Of a stretch of DNA of 64,000 nucleotides, positions 9,685 through 19,841 are shown piece after piece. The number at the start of each line of letters is the position of its first letter. Position 1 is the stretch's first letter. Origin of the DNA: an uncultured Gammaproteobacteria bacterium (GTDB taxonomy: Bacteria; Patescibacteriota; Patescibacteriia; UBA9570; JBBTWU01). The stretch lies in NCBI GenBank assembly GCA_964364425.1, contig CAYIMB010000001.1, forward strand, positions 6,941 to 70,940. Reading direction: 5' to 3'. The translations under genes were made by a program, and so were the position numbers. The notes beneath the pieces were generated by a model, which was not told the DNA's origin, did not search any database, and saw only the letters and a list, made by a program, of their open reading frames with translations.

Positions 9685-12432
9685 ATGCAACTCCTCACCT
9701 GCCCTACATGCAGAGGATTTGGGTTTGAATTAACTCCAGGTGGAAGGCACGTCAAATGTGAACAATGCCAACATGAAGATTCGGTGATTGGGGTCATGCC
9801 GGACATGGTGCTGTACTTTTCTCGGCGCGTGAACAAGGTTTCCGTTCACGGACGCCGGTTTTTGCAATGGTTCCACCGCTTGGTGGATGTCATCTGTTTA
9901 GTTGCCGCTTTAGGCAGCCTGGGCTACGGCATCTGGTTTGTTGTCCAACAGACTGCGCAGGGTCAAGACACTCTTACGCTACTCATCACACCACACTCCA
10001 CAATCGCTTGGATTTGGGTTGGGGTGTTGCTGGTTTTATTTCTGATTTACCGGATAGCATCAGTCTCGGAACAGTTGAAAGTCTTACCTGAACTGTCTAT
10101 TGTCCAGTTACAAGAACACCGACTCACCGGCCTTAACCAGTGGCAAGCTGCTCACCAAATTAAAGGGAAGTCAAAGTTAAATTTGGCGGAATATTTAGCT
10201 GAAGACGGTATTCGGGCCATTGAAGATGCGGTCATTCTGGCAACACAGCTGAAGCATACTTCTGTCACGCCGGTGCATGTATTTGCCTCTGCCTTAAAGT
10301 CACCCCAAGCTTCCGTGGTGATAGGTCGGCTGGGGTTGGATTCAACCACGCTGATCAAGAAAGTTGCTTCAGCTTTACACCGACTAGATACCAAAGAGGC
10401 ATCCAAAGAAGTAGAGTTGTCCGCCAGTGCGCGTTCAGCCTTGGTTTTAGCCGGATACTTTGCCCGGCATGATAAGCGCCCCCGGGTAGAAGCCACTCAA
10501 CTGCTTCAAGCCACACTCCTACAAGATAAGTTGTTACAGGAAGTGTTTGAAGACATGGATGTAGATTTGCGCAGTGTATTCAACACTGTGGAATGGCTGC
10601 ACATCCAGAGCAATTTACGGGATAGGTTCAAACGCTGGCGGTCTACTCGGCGGGCCAAACCTAAGGGGATCATGAACCGGGCCATGACGGCTCGCCCCAC
10701 GCCGACCTTGGATTCCATTGGTCAGGATTACACCCAAGCCGCCCGGGCTGGCCACTTTGCCCCGCGCATTGGCCGAGATAAAGAAGTGGAGGAAGCCTTC
10801 CGGATTTTGCGTGAAGGAACGGGGAATGTACTTTTAGTGGGTGAGCCTGGCGCGGGTAAGTCGACCTTATTGGAGGGGATTGCCGAGCTGATGACTATGG
10901 AAGATGTGCCTAAAGCCTTGCAAGATAAACGGTTGGTGGTCATGGACCCGGGAGCTCTGGTGGCTGGGGCGTCTGGTGTGGGAGGCTTAGAACAACGCAT
11001 GCAAAATGTGATGCATGAAATTATCAAGGCGGGGAATGTGCTGCTTGGCATAGAAGATGTTCATCACTTGTTGGGAGCTTCCAGTGTTGGAGGGTCTGAA
11101 GATATTGGTCACCTTTTCATGAACTATTTGTCGCAAGGTTTTCTCCATGTTGTGGCCACTACCACAACGGAAGAGTTTCAAAAATATATCCAACCCCAGG
11201 AGACATTTTTACGTCGCTTTCAAATTGTGAAAGTGGGTGAACTGCCGCCGGAGGACGCCTTGCGGGTACTCATGGGCCGGTCTGGCATGGTGGAATACAA
11301 AGCAAAAGTATTTTTCTCGTATGCCGCACTGGCGGCATGTGTGGACCTCAGTGATAGGTATATCAAAGACCGCTATCTGCCGTCTAAAGCTTTGGACATT
11401 ATGGAAGAGGCCGCTTTGTACGCGGCGGAAAAACGTGGAGAGAAAACCATTGTGACTAAAGAAGATGTAGCCGCAGTGGTGAGTGAAAAAACCAACGTGC
11501 CAGTGACTTCAGTCGGAGCAGGGGAAGCGCAGCGTTTGTTGAATCTGGAACAAATTATGCATCAACGCATAGTCGGCCAAGATGATGCCATCTCAGCTAT
11601 TAGCTCCGCTATGCGCCGGGCGCGTGAGGAGCTGCGTGATATGAAGCGTCCCATTTCAAGCTTTTTGTTTTTAGGACCAACTGGTGTGGGTAAAACAGAA
11701 ACCGCTAAAACCCTGGCCCAAGTATACTTTGGGCAAGAAGAGCAGATGGTTCGGATTGATATGTCTGAATATCAGAATCAATATTCTTTGGACAAGCTGA
11801 TTGGCGCCTCAGGGCAACAGGGTCATTTGACTGAAGCGGTCAGGCAAAAACCATTTAGCGTTCTGTTATTTGATGAAGTGGAAAAAGCGCATCCGGATGT
11901 GTTGAATATTCTACTCCAACTCTTGGATGACGGACGGTTGACTGAAGGCACTGGCAAGACCATTGATTTTACCAACACCATTGTGATTGCTACCTCTAAC
12001 GCCGCCTCGGCACAAATTCAGCAAGCTTTCAGCGGTGGTGTGTCTTTAGAGGAGTTGAAACGTCAGTTGTTAGAGCAAGATTTACTCAAGTATTTCAGAC
12101 CTGAGTTGTTAAATCGATTTGACCATGTCACGGTCTTTACGCCTTTGAGTTTTAATGAAATCCTAGAGGTCACCCGCCGGCAGTTACAGGGAGTGGCCGA
12201 ATTAGTCGCTAAAAAGGGCATTTTCTTGGAGTTTTCTGACGAGGCCGTCCAAGATTTGGCCACCAAAGGCTATGATCCCAAGTTTGGCGCCCGGCCGCTC
12301 AGGCGCCTCATTCAGGACACGGTTGACGACGCCTTGGCAAAACTCCTATTAGAACATAAACTAAACCGTAGAGACGTCGTAGTTCTCCAAGCCGGCGGCC
12401 TCATGACTATTCGTAAAGCACAACAATTATGA
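9685..12432 (+). CDS. ClpA/B/C-family double AAA+ ATPase with N-terminal Zn finger and two TM helices
   Basis: GEPGAGKS and GPTGVGKT Walker A, RIDMSEY, FDEVEKAHPDV, FRPELLNR, GARPLRR; N-terminal CPTC/CEQC and hydrophobic segments. Confidence 0.92.
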   Translation: MQLLTCPTCRGFGFELTPGGRHVKCEQCQHEDSVIGVMPDMVLYFSRRVNKVSVHGRRFLQWFHRLVDVICLVAALGSLGYGIWFVVQQTAQGQDTLTLLITPHSTIAWIWVGVLLVLFLIYRIASVSEQLKVLPELSIVQLQEHRLTGLNQWQAAHQIKGKSKLNLAEYLAEDGIRAIEDAVILATQLKHTSVTPVHVFASALKSPQASVVIGRLGLDSTTLIKKVASALHRLDTKEASKEVELSASARSALVLAGYFARHDKRPRVEATQLLQATLLQDKLLQEVFEDMDVDLRSVFNTVEWLHIQSNLRDRFKRWRSTRRAKPKGIMNRAMTARPTPTLDSIGQDYTQAARAGHFAPRIGRDKEVEEAFRILREGTGNVLLVGEPGAGKSTLLEGIAELMTMEDVPKALQDKRLVVMDPGALVAGASGVGGLEQRMQNVMHEIIKAGNVLLGIEDVHHLLGASSVGGSEDIGHLFMNYLSQGFLHVVATTTTEEFQKYIQPQETFLRRFQIVKVGELPPEDALRVLMGRSGMVEYKAKVFFSYAALAACVDLSDRYIKDRYLPSKALDIMEEAALYAAEKRGEKTIVTKEDVAAVVSEKTNVPVTSVGAGEAQRLLNLEQIMHQRIVGQDDAISAISSAMRRAREELRDMKRPISSFLFLGPTGVGKTETAKTLAQVYFGQEEQMVRIDMSEYQNQYSLDKLIGASGQQGHLTEAVRQKPFSVLLFDEVEKAHPDVLNILLQLLDDGRLTEGTGKTIDFTNTIVIATSNAASAQIQQAFSGGVSLEELKRQLLEQDLLKYFRPELLNRFDHVTVFTPLSFNEILEVTRRQLQGVAELVAKKGIFLEFSDEAVQDLATKGYDPKFGARPLRRLIQDTVDDALAKLLLEHKLNRRDVVVLQAGGLMTIRKAQQL

Positions 12433-13094
12433 CCATGAGTTTTGAAAAATCGTTCGGGTTTGTATTTAAAGATCCGAACTGGGTAAAAAAGTTAGTGATT
12501 GGAACGGTATTTGTTTTACTCACTCCGTTTTTGATTGGAATCCCGTTCATGTCTGGTTACATGATTCGGATTATTCGCCAGCGCTTACAAGGAAAAGAAG
12601 GTTTACCAGAGTGGGATGATATGGGCAGTCTATTTGTGGACGGGATGAAAACTCTGTTCATAGGGTTGGTATATGCTTTACCAGTGGTCGTTGTGGCTTT
12701 TGGTTTGGCTATACTCATGTTCATTGTGGGAGAAGTTGACAGTGATGCCGGAGCCTTTATGGGCTTGTTATTTTTACCTTTCCAAGGACTGAGCATGCTC
12801 TACTCTTTGTTCATTATTCTCATGCATCCACATATTTATTATGTTATTGCTACTGACGCTCCGCTGAGTCAGGCGTTTCATGTGAGAAAGTATTTTCAAG
12901 TGTTGAAAGTAGAATGGTCAAACGTGTTGATTGCCTTACTGATGGTTTGGTTGGCTGGGGCCCTGGCTTGGTTTGGTATATTTGTGTTTATTATTGGCTT
13001 CTTTATTGCTTTGGCCTACGTCAACATGGTGACTGGTGATGTCTACGGACGCTTATTGCAAGATTGGAAGTCCAGAGGATTACTCACCGCTTAA
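12429..13094 (+). CDS. DUF4013-like membrane protein
   Basis: F.F.FKDPNW..K, GY..RI, LPEWDD...F.DG pattern with multiple TM helices. Confidence 0.75.
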   Translation: MTMSFEKSFGFVFKDPNWVKKLVIGTVFVLLTPFLIGIPFMSGYMIRIIRQRLQGKEGLPEWDDMGSLFVDGMKTLFIGLVYALPVVVVAFGLAILMFIVGEVDSDAGAFMGLLFLPFQGLSMLYSLFIILMHPHIYYVIATDAPLSQAFHVRKYFQVLKVEWSNVLIALLMVWLAGALAWFGIFVFIIGFFIALAYVNMVTGDVYGRLLQDWKSRGLLTA

Positions 13095-13177
13095 ATTCGA
13101 TTTTCACTAGGAGCGTTTGAGTTGGCTGCCCCATAGAGTTGCAAATAAGCTAGGTTTTTTGTATAGTCAACGTCAGT

Positions 13178-14569
13178 ATGGCAACACAACCTCCTTCTGT
13201 AATGGAGCATATTATATCCTTGTGCAAACGTCGAGGCTTTGTTTTTCCTGGCTCAGAGATCTACGGAGGTCTGGCCAACTCCTGGGATTACGGTCCTTTA
13301 GGCGTGGAACTCAAAAATAATATCAGAGATCATTGGTGGAAACGTTTCGTCCACTCCCGTCCGGATGTGGTTGGTTTTGACAGCTCTATTTTTTTGAATA
13401 GCAAAGTCTGGGAAGCTTCAGGGCATGTGTCCAACTTTAATGACCCTTTGGTAGATTGCAGGGCGTGTAAAAACAGGTTCCGAGCTGACCATTTGGTAGA
13501 AAACGGTTTACATGAGCCGGTGGTTGGATTGTCTAACGCTGATCTCACTACACTCATTCAAACTCATTTGAAATGCCCGGTGTGTGGGAAAAAGGACTTC
13601 ACTGAGGTGCGTAAGTTCAGCCTGTTGTTTGAAACACAGATTGGTGTGGTCAGTGGAGACAAAAATAAAGTTTACTTACGCGGTGAGACAGCTCAAGGTA
13701 TTTTCATCAACTTCAAAAATATTTTGAATTCCAGCCACGTTGGCCTGCCTTTTGGTGTAGCTCAAGTGGGCAAAGCCTTCCGCAATGAAATCACCCCTGG
13801 AAACTTTATTTTCCGTACACTGGAGTTTGAACAAATGGAATTGGAGTATTTTGTCTATCCTAAACAAGCTGATCAAGCCTTTGAAGATTGGCTTGAGGCT
13901 ATCCACGCTTGGTTGTTGGATTTAGGTATTCGTCCAGAGTTGTTACACCGTCATGAAATAGAAAAAGAGGCTTTGGCCCACTACGCCAAACGGAATGTGG
14001 ACATAGAGTTCGATTTTCCCTTTGGACAAAAAGAACTCTACGGCTTGGCTTACCGTACGGACTTTGATCTGAAGAACCACATGGAAAAAAGTGGCCAAGA
14101 CCTTACTGTTCTAGATCCAGAGACCAATCAAAAGGTCATTCCTCATGTGATTGAGCCGGCGGTTGGTTTAACTCGTACGTTACTAGCTGTTCTGACCAGT
14201 GCCTACACAGAAGAATCCGTACCTGACGCTAAAGGTGAAGATTCTACTCGTGTAGTTTTGAAACTTCATCCTAAAATTGCTCCATTTAAAGCCGCCGTCT
14301 TACCGTTATCTAAAAAAGAAGAACTCCAAGCAGTGGCGCAACCATTGTATCAGGAACTCATCAAGTCATTTGCTTGTGAATATGACCAAACTCAGTCCAT
14401 TGGAAAACGCTACCGGAGGCAAGATGAGATTGGAACTCCGTATTGTATTACCGTAGACTTTGAATCTATCAATGATAAAGCAGTGACCATTCGTGACCGT
14501 GACACCATGCAACAGGTTCGCATCCCAATTGTCCAAGTAGAACAGTATATTAAAGACAAACTGTCATGA
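13178..14569 (+). CDS. glyQS: glycine--tRNA ligase (homodimeric type)
   Basis: KRRGFVF..SEIYGG, YLRGETAQGIF, GKAFRNEITP, SIGKRYRRQDEIGTP. Confidence 0.97.
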   Translation: MATQPPSVMEHIISLCKRRGFVFPGSEIYGGLANSWDYGPLGVELKNNIRDHWWKRFVHSRPDVVGFDSSIFLNSKVWEASGHVSNFNDPLVDCRACKNRFRADHLVENGLHEPVVGLSNADLTTLIQTHLKCPVCGKKDFTEVRKFSLLFETQIGVVSGDKNKVYLRGETAQGIFINFKNILNSSHVGLPFGVAQVGKAFRNEITPGNFIFRTLEFEQMELEYFVYPKQADQAFEDWLEAIHAWLLDLGIRPELLHRHEIEKEALAHYAKRNVDIEFDFPFGQKELYGLAYRTDFDLKNHMEKSGQDLTVLDPETNQKVIPHVIEPAVGLTRTLLAVLTSAYTEESVPDAKGEDSTRVVLKLHPKIAPFKAAVLPLSKKEELQAVAQPLYQELIKSFACEYDQTQSIGKRYRRQDEIGTPYCITVDFESINDKAVTIRDRDTMQQVRIPIVQVEQYIKDKLS

Positions 14570-15840
14570 AACGAGCACAAAAAATTTCTCTCAAAAATGG
14601 AGCACAACTCCTGATTTCCCCAGAGGCGGACGCAGCAAGTGTTACTATTTTGATTATGTTCAAGGTGGGTTCCCGGTACGAAACGCCAGACATTAATGGC
14701 TCATCTCACTTTATTGAACATTTGATGTTTAAAGGTACAACCAAACGCCCGACCACTTTGGATATTAGCAAGGAGTTGGACGGTGTGGGTGCGGACTACA
14801 ACGCGTTTACCTCTAAGGACACTACCGGATATTATGTGAAAGTAGACGCGCGGCAACTTCCCATGGCGATCGATATTCTTCAAGACATGTTATTTAACAG
14901 TTTGTTTGACGCTAAAGAAATAGACCGTGAGCGGGGAGTGATCATAGAGGAGATTAATATGTATGAAGATAATCCGTTGATGCATGCTGAGGAATTGTTG
15001 GAGGAGCTACTGTTTGGAAAGAAGCATCCCTTGGGGTATCAGATTGCCGGCCCACGTTCTGTCATCCGGAATGTCACACGAGAAAAAATGTTGGCCTACA
15101 AAGAAAAATTTTATGACGCCAAGCACATGGTGGTGTCTGTGGCGGGGCAGGTTATGCCTAGAGATGTAAAGAATTTGAAAAAGTCCTTTGAGTCATACCC
15201 GACCAAGCCAGGAAAACACCAATTTATTCCGTTCAAAGTCCGGCAGTCTTCCTCACGCGCTTTGGTGAGTTATAAAAAGACGGAACAAGTGCAAATGATG
15301 ATAGGAGTACCTTCAGCTTCCTTGTTTGATACGGATTTAGCCACTTTATCAGTCTTGAGTGTGATCTTAGGTGGCAATATGTCATCCCGCTTGTTTGTGA
15401 ATGTGCGGGAAAAGCGAGGATTGTGTTACATGATTCGTTCTAGCTCAAACCCGTATGAGGATGCCGGGTCATTCACTGTGCAATCAGGGGTTGCGCTCAA
15501 GAGCGTGAAACAAGCCCTGGAAGCTATCTTAGCGGAAATGAAGCGTATGAAGACTGAACCGGTCACTGCGCAAGAGTTGAAACAAGCAAAAGATTTCATT
15601 AGCGGAAAACTGACGTTGTCTTGGGAAGATTCAGAGACCGTGGCTAACTATTGGGCGCGACAATTTTTATTGGAGCGCAAACTAGAGACTCCAGATGAAA
15701 AGCTAGCCAAGATTAACCGGGTGAGCGTCAAAGATATTCAGCGAGTAGCCAAAAAATTATTCCAAACCAAGCAATTGAATTTGGTATTAATTGGTCCGTA
15801 CACTTCATCCGCTCCATTTAAGAGACTTTTGAAGGTCTAA
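14566..15840 (+). CDS. M16 family zinc peptidase
   Basis: HFIEHLMFKGT (HxxEH), NAFTS, SSRLF..VREKRGL.Y. Confidence 0.95.
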   Translation: MKRAQKISLKNGAQLLISPEADAASVTILIMFKVGSRYETPDINGSSHFIEHLMFKGTTKRPTTLDISKELDGVGADYNAFTSKDTTGYYVKVDARQLPMAIDILQDMLFNSLFDAKEIDRERGVIIEEINMYEDNPLMHAEELLEELLFGKKHPLGYQIAGPRSVIRNVTREKMLAYKEKFYDAKHMVVSVAGQVMPRDVKNLKKSFESYPTKPGKHQFIPFKVRQSSSRALVSYKKTEQVQMMIGVPSASLFDTDLATLSVLSVILGGNMSSRLFVNVREKRGLCYMIRSSSNPYEDAGSFTVQSGVALKSVKQALEAILAEMKRMKTEPVTAQELKQAKDFISGKLTLSWEDSETVANYWARQFLLERKLETPDEKLAKINRVSVKDIQRVAKKLFQTKQLNLVLIGPYTSSAPFKRLLKV

Positions 15841-15844
15841 ATGT

Positions 15845-16951
15845 ATGAGTAAACTTCCATTTTCATTTCAACCGGTTCAGCGCATCTCAATCAGCAATAG
15901 TACATTACTGAGAGTCGTGTTGATTGGGTTCATTATGTATTTCCTGTTCTATATCCGGAGTGTTTTAGGTGTGGTGTTTATTGCTTGGGTCTTATCATCT
16001 GCCCTTGATCCGTTTGTGGATAAATTGGAACGGTACAGAATACCCCGCTGGGTGACTATTCTGGGTACGTATTTGGTCATTATTGCGGTTATCATTGCCG
16101 TATTTTCACTCTTGATTCCAGCAGTGGTACACCAACTGACAGACGTCACGGTGAACTTTGCGCCTGTGTATGGCCCTCGTCTGAATGAGCTACTGTCTAC
16201 ATTTAATGTCACTGGTCAAAATATTGCTGATCAAATTCAGCAAAACCTGTCATCTATCACCCAGAACGCCGGGAAAATTACCAGTGGTTTATTTGGTGCC
16301 GTGGGACAAGTTCTGTCTTTGCTAGCTACCACCTTGATCATTTTGGTCATGGCATTCTATATGACCATAGAGGAGGAAGGGATAAAGAAGTTTGTCCGTG
16401 CAGTGGCTCCGCTCAAGTATCATCCGTACTTGGTCCAGAAGTTAAATCGAATTCAAGAACGGATGGGTGCTTGGTTGAGGGGGCAACTACTCCTCATGTT
16501 GATCATTGGTTCATTATCCGCCATTGGATTGTGGGCTTTAGGAGTTAAATACTCCTTACTCTTAGGTATTATTGCCGGCTTCATGGAATTTGTGCCGGTG
16601 GTTGGTCCTATTTTAGCCGCCGTTCCAGCTCTGTTTTTTGCCGTCACTGATTCGCCGTTCAAAGGGTTGGCGGTGTTAATCTTGTATATAGTGATTCAGC
16701 AGTTGGAAAATCACTTAATTGTGCCACGCGTGATGAGTCGGGCCGTGGGAATTAACCCGCTGGTGGTGTTGATTGCCATCTTGGTTGGTGCCTCAGTGGC
16801 CGGTGTGGTGGGGGTGTTATTGGCTGTTCCCGCTACGCTTATTTTGTGGATCTTGTTGGAAGATTTCTTTAAGGAAAAAGAAGCGGCTGATACATCCTTA
16901 GAGATTGATGAAACGGAGGTTGAGGTGTCCAAGGATCAAACCAAAGAGTAA
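15845..16951 (+). CDS. AI-2E family transporter
   Basis: FVPVVGP, QQLENHLIVPRVM, G..GVLLAVP; multi-TM. Confidence 0.92.
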   Translation: MSKLPFSFQPVQRISISNSTLLRVVLIGFIMYFLFYIRSVLGVVFIAWVLSSALDPFVDKLERYRIPRWVTILGTYLVIIAVIIAVFSLLIPAVVHQLTDVTVNFAPVYGPRLNELLSTFNVTGQNIADQIQQNLSSITQNAGKITSGLFGAVGQVLSLLATTLIILVMAFYMTIEEEGIKKFVRAVAPLKYHPYLVQKLNRIQERMGAWLRGQLLLMLIIGSLSAIGLWALGVKYSLLLGIIAGFMEFVPVVGPILAAVPALFFAVTDSPFKGLAVLILYIVIQQLENHLIVPRVMSRAVGINPLVVLIAILVGASVAGVVGVLLAVPATLILWILLEDFFKEKEAADTSLEIDETEVEVSKDQTKE

Positions 16952-16977
16952 GCACGGCTAAGTAGAGTTGACGGCAT

Positions 16978-18462
16978 ATGCCAAAAGCCAAACCATACTA
17001 CATTACCATGGCTATAGCCTACGCCAACGCTAAGCCTCATATAGGCTATGCCTTAGAATGTTTGTATACGGATGTTTTAGCTCGCTACTTTCGGCTGCAG
17101 GGGAGGGAAGTATTTTTTCTCACCGGCACAGACGAACACGGTCAGAAAATTGTTCGGGCAGCCAAAAATGCCGGTCAACAACCAAAAGATTTTGTGGATG
17201 AAATGGTGTTACGTTTTCAAGCCTTGCGCGAAGTGCTAAATTTATCCTCAGATATTTTTACCCGTACCACTACACCTGACCATGCTGCGGCTGCTCAGGA
17301 TTTATGGCGGAGGTGTCTAAAAACTGGAGATATCTATAAGAAAATATTTCAAGGTTTGTACTGCGTTGGGTGTGAGTCATTTAAAACTGAGAAAGAACTG
17401 GTTGAAGGAAAGTGTCCGGACCACAAAGTTGTACCAGAAATGATAGAAGAAGAGAATTACTTTTTCCGTCTGTCCAAATACACTAACCCGTTACTTGAGT
17501 TGTATACCAAGAATCCAAACTTTGTGTATCCAGAAACTAAGTTTAACGAAATTATCAGTCTGGTGCGGGACGAAGGCTTGGAAGATATTAGTATTTCTCG
17601 GTCTAAAGACGTTTTGAGCTGGGGTGTTCCGGTGCCAGACGACCCTGGGCAAGTGATGTATGTGTGGTTTGATGCCTTGACCGTATACTTGAGCGGAGTT
17701 GGCTATCCTGAGGGCGACTGGAACAACTGGTGGCCAGCCAATGTGCAAATTGTGGGTAAAGAAATAAACCGTTTTCACTCCGCCTTATGGCCAGCCATGC
17801 TGATGAGTGCCGGATTGGAACTGCCAAATCAAGTCGCGGTACACGGTTGGATTACTGTGGACGGGCAGAAGATGAGTAAATCGATTGGCAATGTGCTTGA
17901 TCCCGTAGCTTTGGTTGAACAGTATGGCGTTGAACCGGTGCGTTACTTTTTGCTCAGAGAAATTCCGTTTGAACGGGACGGAGACTTTTCACACCGCAGA
18001 TTTCGGGACCGCTATACAGCTGATCTGGCTAATGATTTAGGCAATTTACTTTCCCGCACTACCACCATGATTGAGAAATACTTTGCCGGGAAGTTGGATC
18101 CAAAAATTCAAATCAATCCAGACATTGCAGTCATTCATTCGGAAGCACATTTGAAAGTGATTTCTCAGTTAATAGAAACTTTACGTTTTGATCTGGCTTT
18201 GGAAAAAGTTTGGCATATTCTAGATGAGGGTAACGGGTTAATTGAACGAGAAAAGCCCTGGGTCTTGGCCAAATTTGATACGGACCGCTTACACCAAGTG
18301 TTATATCAGTTAGTCATCTATTTAGAAGCTGTAGCCACGGCGCTCACTCCCTTTATGCCGGAAACGGCTCACAAGATTCAACACGCCCTGGGTCAAGATG
18401 TGATTCACAAAGCCGAACCGTTATTCCCAAGATTGCCTGAAGAAGAAACAACAACCCCATGA
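16978..18462 (+). CDS. metG: methionine--tRNA ligase (short form)
   Basis: YANAKPHIG, TGTDEHGQK, YVWFDAL, KMSKSIGN. Confidence 0.97.
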   Translation: MPKAKPYYITMAIAYANAKPHIGYALECLYTDVLARYFRLQGREVFFLTGTDEHGQKIVRAAKNAGQQPKDFVDEMVLRFQALREVLNLSSDIFTRTTTPDHAAAAQDLWRRCLKTGDIYKKIFQGLYCVGCESFKTEKELVEGKCPDHKVVPEMIEEENYFFRLSKYTNPLLELYTKNPNFVYPETKFNEIISLVRDEGLEDISISRSKDVLSWGVPVPDDPGQVMYVWFDALTVYLSGVGYPEGDWNNWWPANVQIVGKEINRFHSALWPAMLMSAGLELPNQVAVHGWITVDGQKMSKSIGNVLDPVALVEQYGVEPVRYFLLREIPFERDGDFSHRRFRDRYTADLANDLGNLLSRTTTMIEKYFAGKLDPKIQINPDIAVIHSEAHLKVISQLIETLRFDLALEKVWHILDEGNGLIEREKPWVLAKFDTDRLHQVLYQLVIYLEAVATALTPFMPETAHKIQHALGQDVIHKAEPLFPRLPEEETTTP

Positions 18463-18935
18463 CATGGTTTGAATGGATTTTATTGGTCTGGTTGGGGATA
18501 GCCATTTTGATTGGTTGGCGGGCCGGATTTATTTTTACCGCCGGAAACCTTCTGGGGTTCTTGGCCTCTTTGTGGGTATCTAAACACTACGGCGGCGCGG
18601 TAGCTGAATGGGCCGGAGGAGGAGCGTGGGGTTCAGTCTTGTCCTCACTCGGAGTGGTTCTGGTGGTGACCAAGCTGGGGGGCGTAGCGGCTTTGATTAT
18701 AGATAAATTTGCCAAAATCAGTTTTATTATCCCCTTCGTGAAGACATTTAACCGCCTGTTGGGTGCCGGCCTCAGTTTTGTCACCCACGGGATGGCAGCT
18801 GCTCTGATTGCATTTTTAGTCAACTCAATTATTTTAGAAAAATTGATTACCCAACCTTGGGCTAAAGTCCTTGTTTCTGCTGGAAGTCTCCTGGCCGGAG
18901 CCTTACCCTCAACAGTGCAAAAGTATCTCTTATGA
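18459..18935 (+). CDS. CvpA-family membrane protein
   Basis: GWRAGFI N-terminal motif, NRLLGAGL, four TM helices. Confidence 0.75.
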   Translation: MTWFEWILLVWLGIAILIGWRAGFIFTAGNLLGFLASLWVSKHYGGAVAEWAGGGAWGSVLSSLGVVLVVTKLGGVAALIIDKFAKISFIIPFVKTFNRLLGAGLSFVTHGMAAALIAFLVNSIILEKLITQPWAKVLVSAGSLLAGALPSTVQKYLL

Positions 18936-19786
18936 AATGGAAACTCATAGATTCACACGCCCATGTGAATTTCCGTCCCTTTCAGGACGACTGGCATCAG
19001 GTGATTGAACGAGCACATGAAGCCAGCGTTGGCGTGATGAATGTAGGTTCTCAACTTTCGACCAGTCGCAGAAGTGTGGAAGTGGCTCAAGAATTTTCAG
19101 CAGATGGAGTCTGGGCCGCAGTTGGCCTCCACCCAACTCACTTGGCTGAGGACCACGTAGAAGAGGATGTGATTGATGGAGAAAAAATTTCTTTCACCAC
19201 CCGCCAAGAACGGTTTGATCACATGGCTTACTTGGGATTAGCTCAACGACCAGAGGTAGTTGCCATTGGGGAATGTGGTTTGGATTATTACCGTCTCCCG
19301 GAGGACGCGGGGAAAAAACAGGAATACATTACGCTGCAAAAGGATGTGTTGAAGCAGCAAATCGGTTTAGCCTTGCAAGTGAAGAAACCAAATATTTTTC
19401 ATTGCCGGGAAGCGTATGATGATTTTCTCAAGATTGTGGAAAAATACCGTGGGCAGGTGAGGGGAGTGGTACATTGTTATACCGGCGACGCTGATACGGT
19501 CGAGCGGTTGGTCGCCGCTGGTTTATATGTAGGGTTTACCGGAATTATTACCTTTCCTAAGACTGAGTATCTAGCTGAGGCCGTAAAACGTGTTCCGCTG
19601 GACAGATTATTGGTAGAAACTGACTGTCCATATCTTGCTCCGGTGCCATACCGGGGGAAACGTAACGAGCCAGCGTATGTGGAGTTTGTGGCGCAACAAG
19701 TGGCGAAAATCAAAGGAATCTCTTTTGACCTGGTGTGTCAGCAGACAGAGGAAAATACACGTAAATTATTTAAGTTAAACGGTTGA
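18932..19786 (+). CDS. tatD: TatD-family DNase
   Basis: IDSHAH, GLHP, AIGECGLDY, HCRE, VHCY, LVETDCPYL. Confidence 0.95.
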   Translation: MKWKLIDSHAHVNFRPFQDDWHQVIERAHEASVGVMNVGSQLSTSRRSVEVAQEFSADGVWAAVGLHPTHLAEDHVEEDVIDGEKISFTTRQERFDHMAYLGLAQRPEVVAIGECGLDYYRLPEDAGKKQEYITLQKDVLKQQIGLALQVKKPNIFHCREAYDDFLKIVEKYRGQVRGVVHCYTGDADTVERLVAAGLYVGFTGIITFPKTEYLAEAVKRVPLDRLLVETDCPYLAPVPYRGKRNEPAYVEFVAQQVAKIKGISFDLVCQQTEENTRKLFKLNG

Positions 19787-19841
19787 AAGTTGATCTACTC
19801 TCAGGGTAGCCAGAATTTCCTTTTTTCTGTATAATTTCAGC

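Noticed and set aside
9783-9800. GGTGATTGGGGTC as a reverse-strand copy of the element loop
   Set aside because: Incomplete match, and it lacks the flanking stems and terminal motifs.
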